DNA from: Cercozoa sp. M6MM
Lineage: Eukaryota > Protista > Endomyxa: Ascetosporea
DNA length: 64,000 nt
NCBI GenBank assembly: GCA_040357565.1
Contig: JBDODJ010000046.1
Reading direction: 5' to 3' (one strand)
The notes beneath the pieces were generated by a model that had not been told where the DNA came from, did no database searches, and worked only from the letters and a program-made list of their open reading frames with translations. A program made the position numbers and the translations under genes. This document shows, in pieces, positions 52,079 to 64,000 of this stretch. Within the stretch, counting starts at the first letter, position 1; each line of letters starts with the position of its first letter.

Positions 52079-54674
52079 ATGCCTATCGACCCCGCCTGTG
52101 AGTTATGAGTGTAGTGTGATATAATTTTCTTGTGTTTCTGATGGTGTCATTGTCGTAGCCGGCGCCGTGAAGAGCTTCGTGCAGGGCGTGCGCAGCCTTT
52201 TGCGCAGCGGCACTATTGAAGGCCGCGCCTCGCTGGTCGAGCTCATCGATGCTGAGGTGGGCTTCAACTTGCTGGGTCCGAATTGGCGTGGGCGTTGTCT
52301 TTCTGTACACCCTTGTGTCGACAGATCCCGCGTCTGAGCGAGACGTACTTCAAGGAGCGCGCCTGGCCCTCCGCCAAGGAGGTATGTTGTTTGACACACG
52401 GGAGGGGTAGGAGGTATGTGTGTGCATCCAGGTGTCGGATTGGCTCGACAAGGACACGCTTGTGGCCTTGCTGTACAAGGAGCTCACTCAGCGGTAGATG
52501 CCTACCTAATTGACCTCCCTTCCTTCTTTGCTTTCTTACTTCCTTTTCGTCTTGGCAGGCACGAGTTGGAGCGCGCTTTCTCGCCGGCGACGGCGGCGGC
52601 GCAGTTCGACACTTACATCATGCTGTTCGACCTGTTCCTCGGTCGCTCGGGTAGTCTTTGTTCTCCCGTTTACCCCTTACCCCCTCTCGGTTTATCCCCT
52701 GGGTTTGGACAGAGTCGGCGAGCGATGAGTGGGCGGCGTGGACGGTGCAGCTGCCGTTCGCGTGGATGTGGCAGCTCGTGTCGGGCTTCTCGTCGCTGTG
52801 CGTGCAGGTGTGGCACGCTGCCGACCTCCTGCTCGACGAGTCGGCGCAGGCACGCAAGGTATGTCTTTGTGGGGACCCTAGTTCTACTATGCAGACACGT
52901 AGAGAGATGCTTTCTTTACCTAGGCACTGACGGACCGACCGCAGATGCTGTCGCCGCAGGTGTACCTGGCTTATCTGGAGGCGCTTGCTGTGCGCGGTGC
53001 GTTGGCCAAGGGCATGCGATGCACGCCGTCTGGTCAGGTAGTGCTTTACCCCCCCCCCCCCCCCTCACTGTCGCCCTTTACCCCCTCCCCCCGGTAGGCA
53101 CTGCACACGGGCGCTGTGCCTATGGCCTTCTTTGCCCTGCTGGGCCAGGTGCGCATCCACCTGGCCGCGGGCGACTTTGAGAGCGCCAGTGAGACGCTCG
53201 AGCTGCTCAACTCGCACCGACACCTGCACACACCCTTCGCCTCAGTCACGGACGCTCGTGCCGCCCTGTCGCATGCTAAGGCTCTGGTACCGTTTTGGAC
53301 TGGTGTGGATGGGAGTTAATGGGGCGGGTAAGCAAGTGGCACACGCGGTGTAGGTGCTGCTGCTCGGCCAGCGCCGACCGAATGACGCGCTGCGCTTTAC
53401 GCAGACGAACCTGCGACACCTGCTTAAGGCCGACGATCGCAAGGACAAGGATGGTAACGTGGTTTACACACACGCACACGCACACACTTTACCCACCCCT
53501 TCTTAACAGCCCAGCCGCAAAAAGACTCAGTGCACAAGCTGCTCGCGTTGGCTGCTGTGGTACTCTACATCTTCTGCTNNNNNNNNNNNNNNNNNNNNNN
53601 NNNNNNNNNNNNNNNNNNNNNNNNNNNNNNNNNNNNNNNNNNNNNNNNNNNNNNNNNNNNNNNNNNNNNNNNNNNNNNCTTCTGCTACCCCCCCCCCCCC
53701 CCCCGTGTATGCGATGTCTGTTGGTACAGCTGCCCTACCTGTCGGGCAAGCCGTCGCAGCAGCGCGACGGTTTCGTGATGCGTCGCGTGCGCGATCACTT
53801 CCACGCGCAGACCAAGGCCATGCAGGCTGGCAATCTCGACGCCTTCGTTGCCGTCTTCCGTGTGGCCAAGTGAGTTGTCACTTGTCTACCCTTGCATCCC
53901 TGCAACTGGTGTGTTTAGCGTGACGATCCCGCCGGTTGAGGTTGCGATGGACGCCAAGAACCCGTCCAAGGCGCTCAAGACGCTCATGGTAGCATTGTTG
54001 ACCTCACCAGTTACTTTACCCCCCCCCCCCCCTTACTGTCCTGGGTTGCAGGAACACACGGACCGTCGCGAGGCCGAGTTCCGCGAGTTGGCGGCACTGG
54101 CGCAAATCTGTGCTCGTGTCGGTACCGCGGTGGCACAGTACGACAGTCTGGCGCTGCCCAAGTTCCAGGTACGCCTCTGCCCCATACCCTTCCTCCTCCT
54201 GTATCTACACCCCCTGCTCTTTGTCTTTCTGGACAGAGCAAGCTGGCAGCTCTGCATGCCAAGCAGCAGCTGTTGCAGGCGCGTCTCAACCAGGGCGGCA
54301 AGAAGGCCGGTCTGCCCGAGGAGGTCAAGACGGCCGTGAAGACGGCGCGCGACGCCGGTGTCGTCGACAGCACGCACGACCTCGAGTCGCTGCTCACTGC
54401 CATCGTAGCACACCATATCACATGCCCTATGCCCCATGCTCATACAGATCGTTTTCCTCACCTGGCTTGTGTACGTGTGTGTGTCGTGTGTCGTCGGATA
54501 CAGTGCGACGACGTCGACGGCTTCGTGAGTGCCGCGCTGGAGCGTACGTTCGCGCACGACGCCGACTACCTGGTGTGCCACGAATGCCCGCCGTCGTCGG
54601 TGCGCTCGCTGCAGGGCCTCATCGTCTCCATGAACCGCTTCGACGGCATCATCAAGCAGCTGCAGCGCGTCTAG
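52079..54674 (+). CDS. EIF3L: Eukaryotic translation initiation factor 3 subunit L, divergent
   Basis: LSETYFKERAWPS..LLYKELTQRH, QLPFAWMWQLV and FALLGQVRIHLAAGDFESA match eIF3L motifs (F..WP, LYKELYYRH, LP.QWLW, LLRLH.LLGDY). Confidence 0.82.
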
Positions 54675-54727
54675 TTTTCCTTCACTCACTCACTCACTAG
54701 TCGCATTGTACTCAATCGAATTTACTA

Positions 54728-54888
54728 GTGAGTTGAGTCTTCTAGGAAACCAACTATGTAGTTCCCCTGCACCAGTCTGGGGTGGGTCGCGAGAGCACTG
54801 CCGTGTCTACTGCCCGCTTAGGGTAGGACCATGCAACTCCCCTTCCTCGTCCCAGGAGATCTCGGTGCCTTGGTGCATTCTGTTGAGT
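54728..54888 (-). mobile_element. Short retroposon-like element, copy 2, with perfect 14-bp TSD
   Basis: Homologous to 15800-15912; flanked by AATCGAATTTACTA at 54714-54727 and 54889-54902. Confidence 0.8.
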
Positions 54889-55004
54889 AATCGAATTTAC
54901 TATTATTTGGATACTAGCGCAATGGGGTGCACGGCCGGGCTTCCGTGCCGTTTATTCAAGGCACGGCAAACGTTTAAGTTTAGTTCAAGCGAAGTTCGAT
55001 TCGG

Positions 55005-56973
<1,969 letters not shown>

Positions 56974-57124
56974 TCAATGCTGTGCTTCTTACAGGGGTGA
57001 GACTGGCAAATGCAAGCTGCTGTCGAAAGCTGTTGCAAAAAACGAGTTGTCTGACCTGTGCTAGGTCCAGGTTTAGGGCACTTTTCTAGCTTTTAAACTG
57101 AATTAAGAGTCGTTTACACTGATG

Positions 57125-58308
57125 TTACCGTTTACTATATTCATCGCACAGATCTTGTAGCGTCGAGACGAGGCGCGCGATGACGTCGGCGTCGCGCCAG
57201 ACCTTCTCGTAGCGTGCGCCGACGTGTGCACGAGCCTTGTCTTCGACACTGGGCTCGAGACCGGGACGTTCGAGGTCGGCAAGTGCGCCGAAGCGGCGGT
57301 GGATGCTGAAGTCGGGCGGCAACACAACATCGGCAGCATGGTGCCGCACAGCCGTGGCAGCTTCGGCGCGCTGTGTGAGGTCTGTGATGCCGCTCACAAT
57401 CTCATTCAGTTCTTGTGTCACTGCGTCATCACTGCGCAAGAGTCGCAGGCGTGTACGTGCTTCGGCGACCACTTCACCTCGAACCGCTTCGATCGAGTTT
57501 CGCAGTCGCGTGGCTTCGTTGCCCTGTGTCGGGTGAGACAGGCACAAATAAAACAGAAGAGAGGCTTTAATTAAAGGTGGCAAACCAAAGAGACGGCTTC
57601 GTCTCGGCATCTTTCAATTGAAGCAAGTTGCTCAGTGCGTGCCCTTTCGCCTTCAGTGTACAAATCCTGCTGTCGCTTTGCGAGATCGTCACGTGCCTTT
57701 TGCAAATGGGCGTGTCTGCGCAGCACGGCATTGGCACTTGCAAAGTCGTCGGAGTACTTCTCGTGAAATACCGCCAAGAAGTGGGCGTAATGCTTTACTG
57801 TTCAAACAAAAGGGCGTGAGCAGAAAACTAAAACATGAGGGGCGCCACTTCGGTGCATCGTACGTTTGCTGTGGAGGTGAGACATGCTTTTTCGCATCCG
57901 TTCCATTTCTTGCCGGTCTAGTCGCAGTTTTTCGGACAACTTTCTCGTGTTCTGGGCATGCTGGTACTCTCCGCGAGCCATCTTGTCGTACTTAAGCTTC
58001 TTTTCGAACTTGTCGCGCAAAAACTTGTCAAATTGAAGCATCGACTCTTGCAGTTCGACGTCTTTGCGACAAAGCTCCTGCTCACGACGCAGAAACATTC
58101 GCTCTTGACGCGATGTCTCGCGTTTCTGCAGTTCCAACTCAGCCGATACTTCGCGCAGCTCCTGTCGCTTTCGAAGTAAGCGTGTTGTTTCGTTCACACT
58201 TTCCATGCTTAGCTGAGGTATTCCTGTGGTCGGCATTGAAGCGGCGGACATCGAGGTGGCGAGTTCGACACCATGGCCTTCACCGACTCTTGCCGTTCTG
58301 GAAATCAT
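57125..58308 (-). CDS. CFAP73/CCDC42-like (DUF4200) cilia-associated coiled-coil protein
   Basis: TRLLRKRQELREVSAELE..RREQELCRKDVELQESMLQFDKFL..DFASANAVLRRHAHL is the CCDC42/CFAP73 pattern. Confidence 0.75.
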
Positions 58309-58607
58309 GTATGAACATAGACCACGAAGCATCACGATCGGGATAAGTCACGTACGGTTCGCACCCCGACATCACGCGTTTGTTCGTTGTGACAGTATAG
58401 TTCGGTAAAGCAATAAATGAAGCTCTCTTTCAGCGTGGAGAAACGCTCTTGGTGATTTTTCTGGCTCAGTTGGGAGTCAGTTGTCAGGCAGTTTTTTAAG
58501 TTTAGTTTGGTTCAGGAGAAACTCTGCGTTTTTCAACCTCAAGTCCGCTCGAGAAGACCAGAGGGTTTTTCGAGTGCTAAGCTTTTCTGCAGTATTATTC
58601 GCGAGCG

Positions 58608-60840
58608 ATGCGCTCTGCGAGCAGCAGGCGCGGCACGCAGAGTGCTGAAGTCCCTATCGAGCAGATTCAAAACACGTACCACTCCAGTTTTTTTTTTTTT
58701 TTTTTTGCTCCAGTGCATTCGGCTTCACATAGGTACGATGCACTGTCGATGCGAGTAAATGATCTGTACCTTGCACTGGCACACGACCAAGACCGTCAAC
58801 CGATCCGAAAGAGTCGTGGAGGCAAGTCTCGGTCTCTAAACGGCCAGCATGTAACTGTAGCTCACCGGCATGTCGACGTCGACACAGGTGGTGCACATCC
58901 GGAGGCGCAGCAGCTCCTCGAGCAGCTTGGTTTGTCGCCAAGTCCTGAATACGAATCTGTCGACTTGGGCGACAGTGCACCCTTTATTAGACCTGCTGCA
59001 CGAGCTCGCAAACTGCCTTCCCGCTTTGGCGCCACTGACACTGACGCCATGGCAGACGAAGTGGACGAACTGGAGCACGCACTGGCGTGCGAAGTCTTCG
59101 CTGACGAACACACGGATCCCCTGACCAAGGAGGACATGTTTATGACAGAGTACGACCGCAGCTATGGACGGCGTGATCGGAGCTTCTTATCGCACAAACT
59201 GGATAGCACACGGTCGGCGACGAGAGATGACTCGTTCGACTGCTACGAAGCTGTCGCTGCACGAGGCACCTTCCGTCGTCGTCGCTCCGATTTGATGCCG
59301 GTCGGCGCCTGCGTCGACGTGCCTGTGCAGACGGAAGGCGTCTCTTGCGTCAATGTGGCCACGAATGCCGATACCAAGGTGCCGCACGTCGACGCAAGTA
59401 TCCAGGCGAACCCTCCTGCACTTGCGCACTTTGCATCAATGACACGTACCTCAGCATCTCATGAAACAGCCTTCGCTGAACAAGGCACCGGCACGTTGCA
59501 GCGAGGTGTCACACTCGGAGGGACCACTCTGGACACGTCACCTGCCTGCGTCAGCAGAATGGCTCAAATCACGGCGCATGCCAGAGCATCTCCGGCTCGC
59601 AGTGTACCCATCACGCTGTCCACGTCGATGCAGCATTCGCCCGCAGCCAAACAGCCGTCCTTGAGTGCCAACGCGCGTGTTCGACGTGTGCAAAAACAAG
59701 CTCAGCTCGAAGCTCCACTTCGTGCCGACATCTCACATGTACATCGACAAGGAATGCTCGAGATGGAGCCCATCTGGGAAGGTCAGCGAAACTCAACACC
59801 TTTGCCTCAGCAACAACAGCGGCAGCAGCAACAACAGCACCAACCAGTCCACTCGTACAACCGAAACATGGGCACACAGCGACGGCATCAATTACTACAG
59901 CCGCCTACACTAGCCGAGTCGCAGTTGATGCATCCTCGTGTGCCAACGCCTGCCAGCGTTCAAAACGCACCGGCGTACCCTCGTGCGGTGGAACACAAGC
60001 CAAAGAGGATGGCGCAAAAGGTATAACACTATTGGCTGTTTTGTCTGAGTATCTCCTGTATCAAACACGTCACGCACTGTAGACGAACACGAAGAAGACG
60101 CGACGTGGAAACAAGGCAAAGGCGAAGAAAGTCCCGCTACTCAGAGACCTGTGGCCGCGTCCTCGCTGGCAACGAGTCATTCGTCTCCAGCGAAATGCGG
60201 CGGCTTGTGTGGGCAAATCCGACATTCATGGTGTGCCAGTAACGAAAACGTAGCATATGCTAAGCCAGCACTCTGAATTTGTGCATTAGGACGCATTGGG
60301 ACCGAGGAGACAACTTGTTTGTTGCGACTCGTCGACGCCAATGTGAATCTTTCGGGCATCACCCGTCGCAGCTGGCTCGAGCTCGAGCGCGCGCTGACTT
60401 CCTACGGCCACCGAAGCACTCGCAAGAGCCACCGCATCATGCGGCCACCAGCATTGTATGACATGTGCGGCAGTCCCATCTGTACTATTTTCCTGGAGGC
60501 ACTCCGACGTGTACTCATCGTGCGTGTTTGGACAGTGATCTGCTCACGTCGGGGTCTGGTACTTGCCTGCGTGGGAGGAGGTTGGCAAGATGTGCGTCAG
60601 TGGGTAAATTAACACCCCTACTCCCCTTGTGGCGATTTTTGCACCTACACTGTTGGCTATCTCTATCAGATCTATGACACACTGCTGCGTCTGGGCCGTG
60701 CACAACGCCTCGCGCAGGCCGAACAGGAGCAAGAAGAACGAGACCAGCGGCTTCTGAGTGGTACGCCGTTCGAGCGCAGCAAAGAAGACTCCAGTTTCTC
60801 GGACACGGACACCGAAATAGACTCCGATAGTGAGTATTGA
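58608..60840 (+). CDS. Hypothetical protein, largely disordered with a small C-terminal globular region
   Basis: Long open exon about 58732-60020, further GT..AG exons, acidic tail ..DTDTEIDSDSEY*. No recognisable family. Confidence 0.6.
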
Positions 60841-61077
60841 AATCGAATTTCAATACTAAAACTGGGCGAAGAGTTACTGTAAATTTACTAGCTATGCCGT
60901 TTCCGCAATCAGTTGTCGCAGAACCGAAGGGCTCAGATAGGGAATTGCAGTCAGTTTGACTCTGCGTTTTCTCGCTGTACGCGCCTTTAGAGTGCGTTTC
61001 TTGTCGGAAGTGTTCTCGACCCAGACTAAGTAAGTTAGTCCCTGATTCGCAGGTCTGTTGCTTAAGTACTACACTGG

Positions 61078-62418
61078 ATGTCTGCAGAGCCTAAAAGTGC
61101 CACCTGGGCAGTCGCAGTCGACGGCTCGAAAGAATCAGGTACCCGCAAGTTTCGCTAGTTTTGAATGAGAGTTGCATCGCTTTATGCGTAGTCCGAGGAG
61201 CAAATGCTGCAATCGAACTGGTCAAACCCGGAGATACCATCGTGTTTCTCCACGCTGACACAGGTTTCCTTCACCCACACAAACTGATACCATTTCCCCG
61301 GGGGCCTTTTCATTGCCCTTTTTGCCCAGGCGAAGAACGACCGGACCCACGAATGAGTCCCGTGTTCGTGAGAGAGTACTATGAGGTACGTTTCTTACCC
61401 TCTCACGCCATGTTCGCTCCACATGCAATCTTTGTAGAACAAGTGCCTTGAAATCCGCAGTCGTGGTTTGAACGCGCGCTTTCGAATGGTGTTTCCCAGA
61501 GCCGGGAAGACAGCGAGAGACGCCGTTGTGCGAGGGAGCATCAAAATAAACGCCGACTACATCGTTGTCGCAACACACCACCGTAAGCAAAAGAACACGA
61601 ACGCAACTGTCATTGGCAGCACGGTTGATGCAAGTGTTAGAGGTACACTGTCAACTATTCCAGTGCATGTCCATGTCTTTCGAATACTGCGAATCGAACA
61701 GAAGCACCAGCCAGTGCTTTAGTTGTGAAGCCGTGCTCTGAACCGGTTCCGGTGCAGGTAAAAGTTACCAACGGAATGTGTCTTGCTGATACATTAAAGT
61801 GACAAACTCGTATGAGCAGGGCTGCAAGTTCCTCGTGGCATTGGATCCCACCCCGGGCGCGGACGCAGCGTTCCGGCGCGCTCTAGCCATGGCCCGCGAG
61901 GGAGACAGTGTCACTGTCTTGCATGGTACTCTCGCTCCCTTTTCCTTTTACACAGTCGATATAGTTTGTTCGAAGTATGCTTGTAAATTTCAACCTTCCC
62001 CACTGGTACAGTCGTGCACCCTGTCGACATCGACGGGCAAGAGGTTGCGCAGCGACTGCGCCAAAAGGTCGAGCAAATACAGATGCCTCACCTCGACGTC
62101 TCGTTCCGCCTGGTGGAAAGTCACCACATTGCTGAAACTATCATGAAGTGCGCCAAGGAAATCGAAGCACACGTGATTGTCGTGGGAATCGAAGCGGAGG
62201 TTTCGACCGGTTTGCACCTCGGGTCTGTCTCGGATGCCATCGTACGCAAGTCCGACTGCATGGTTCTGGCCTCGCAACCTGCTGAAATGATGGGTCAAAG
62301 CGAAGAACAACTGTTCAAGCGTCGATCGTGCTCTACCCTTCAAAGTAAAACTCTCTACTTTCGTTTGTGGCCTTTTGGCGTGGCGTTTACTCTCTGTATC
62401 GTGTCATTTCCAGGATAG
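61078..62418 (+). CDS. Tandem universal stress protein (two USP domains)
   Basis: AVAVDGSKES..ADYIVVAT..IGSTVDASVR and FLVALDPT..AHVIVVG..LGSVSDAIVRKSDCMVL. Confidence 0.88.
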
Positions 62419-62679
62419 CTTTCCCCCAAAACCAAAACCGTGGAATTCGGAGTTCGGAAGGTTATTCCAGGTTAAGCCGTCACTAGAGAGCAGTACTCTA
62501 AAAACGAACCGCAGTGTCGTGACTCTACAGATAAACTGAGCGCATAATGTGCGAAGTTTTTATTTCAAGGGAGGGGGCAGTCGAAACTGAACCGTATGAT
62601 AACTGCCGTGAAGCAAAGCAAAGAGCGGATCCCCCGCGCGATCAGGTGCGGTACAGTCGGTTAACGTTAAGCTGGGTTG

Positions 62680-62775
62680 GATGCGATGGCACCACCCTAA
62701 CGTAAGCGGGCGGTGGACTGGCACAGGGAAACGACATAGTTGTTGGTTTATTAGTAGACTGAACTAAACTTAACT
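62680..62775 (+). mobile_element. Degenerate, internally deleted third copy of the retroposon-like element
   Basis: ACCCTAA..TAAGCGGGCGGTGGACTGGCACAGGGAAACGACATAGTTGTTGGTTT..AGACTGAACTAA aligns with the minus strand of copies 1 and 2 (ACCCTAAGCGGGCGGTAGAC..ACTGGTGCAGGGGAACTACATAGTTGGTTTCC..AGACTCAACTAA). Confidence 0.65.
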
Positions 62776-62954
62776 ATACTGCTACAGAATGGTCTCCTAT
62801 GTATCATCGAAGCAACGCAAAAGAGAAAGAAGAGCTAAGAGTTCGGCTCTGCAGTACTGCTGCCTGGAGAGCTGTGATTAGACCTGTCTGAAACCCTGTC
62901 ATCGCATGTGCGTGTAGATTGAGCCTGTCGTGTCAGTTGCCAAAAGAGAACAAG

Positions 62955-64000
62955 CTAAAAGTCAAAGTCGTCGTCCATGTCGTCGTCGGCATGAGCGACG
63001 TCGGCGGCAGCGCTAAGAGTGCCACCACTCGGCTCTGCGACGGGCTGCTCGGGCGACACCTGCTGACTGCGCCTGCAATCACACCACACACACAGTGTAG
63101 ACACAAGTGTAGACAGACACAAGAGTAGACAGGGCAGGGACATGGTACCACCGCAGCATGCGCTTCACGAGCGGGTGGTTCAGTGCAAAGCACGCCTGTG
63201 GATCCGGCGACGCGCCCGGCGCCTGCTGCTCGTCCAGTCGATGTGCCACGATCTGCAGCGCCTTCTCGGCCGTTTGCGCCACCTGGTGGGGAGGGGGTAA
63301 GGGGTTAGGCGGGGGGGGGGGGTGGGACAAAGCTACCACCGCATTGACCTCATCGGCCGCATCGTCGCCAGTACGTGGCGTGATCATGAACATGCGCTGC
63401 TTGCCCAGCACCGTGCAGCGACACTCGAACCTGTGGCCGCCTGCAATTACACACGGGGAGTAAGAGGGGAGTAAGGGAGCAGAAGAGTAAGACTACGCAG
63501 CGTGATAGCCACGGCGAGCTGGTGCGGCGCGTCGACGTGCACCGCCGGGTCGTCGATCTGCGCGTCCGACAGCGCCGCCGCCGCGCGATCCGCCGGCTCG
63601 CCCAGCTGCTGCAGCGACAGCGCCGAGATACCGTCGTACCTGTACCCGATGCCTGGGGGGGGGGGGAGTAGAGTAGGGTAAGGTGGGGAGGAGGGAAGAG
63701 GTGTCTAATACCAGCAGGCACGACCAGCGTCAGCGGCAGCGATGCCGCCTTCTGCGACACCTCCTCCTCCGACATGGTCACGTAGGGCGACGGCGGCACC
63801 TGTGCATTTATACCACCCCCAGTTTACCCCCTTATCTCTCCCAGAGAGACAGTAACTACCGGCACAGGAGGCGCCAGCGGCGGCGGCGCAAACACCGGCG
63901 GTCGCGGCGGTACTCGCAGCTTCTTAATCTTGGGTGGCGACACCTGGGGGGGGGGGGGAGGAGGGTAGGGTGCCGGGGGGGGCCGACGGGGCTGTCCCGA
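62955..64000 (-). CDS. 3' part of a protein with a probable FY-rich (FYRN/FYRC-like) domain
   Basis: SLPLTL..LQQLG, RFECRCTVLGKQRMFMITP and ACFALNHPLVKRML resemble FYRN/FYRC; ends DDDFDF*. Confidence 0.5.

Noticed and set aside
54820-54890. HDV-like or twister ribozyme in the retroposon (TCCTCGT loop)
   Set aside because: I could not form P3/P1 pairings around the loop, and the motif is absent from the other copies.

Overview
Gene-dense (about 17 protein-coding genes), intron-rich nuclear DNA of a flagellate-type protist. The enolase EWGWS insertion, a stand-alone HPt protein and a four-repeat CNG/K+ channel would fit a SAR-type lineage, but this is a weak inference. I reconstructed genes by hand by joining exons at GT..AG introns; the junctions I traced needed no non-standard genetic code. 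In order: outer-arm beta-type dynein heavy chain (3' partial), N-acylated HPt, fascin-like/annexin fusion, FTase/GGTase-I alpha, BTB-MYND protein, condensin kleisin (5' partial), bacterial-type SulP/STAS transporter (5' partial), TruD/PUS7, DH-PH RhoGEF with fascin-like C-terminus, a single-chain four-repeat 6TM-CNBD (CNGK-like) channel, a small 2-TM protein, eIF3L, enolase, CFAP73/CCDC42-like protein, an unknown protein, tandem USP and a FYR-like protein. Main non-routine observations: (1) a short TSD-flanked retroposon-like family whose three copies all lie between convergent genes; (2) the tetra-repeat channel has an asymmetric filter (TGLGD/VGYGD/VVIGD/VGYGD) and only one near-canonical cNMP pocket; (3) a predicted myristoylated/palmitoylated HPt head-to-head with dynein; (4) two fascin-like domain fusions; (5) a GTAC-dominated 5' splice site that almost lacks +5G; (6) strand-biased microsatellite and TTACCCC arrays in introns; (7) a recurrent CAGGTC upstream motif. 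Exon boundaries are manual predictions without transcript data.
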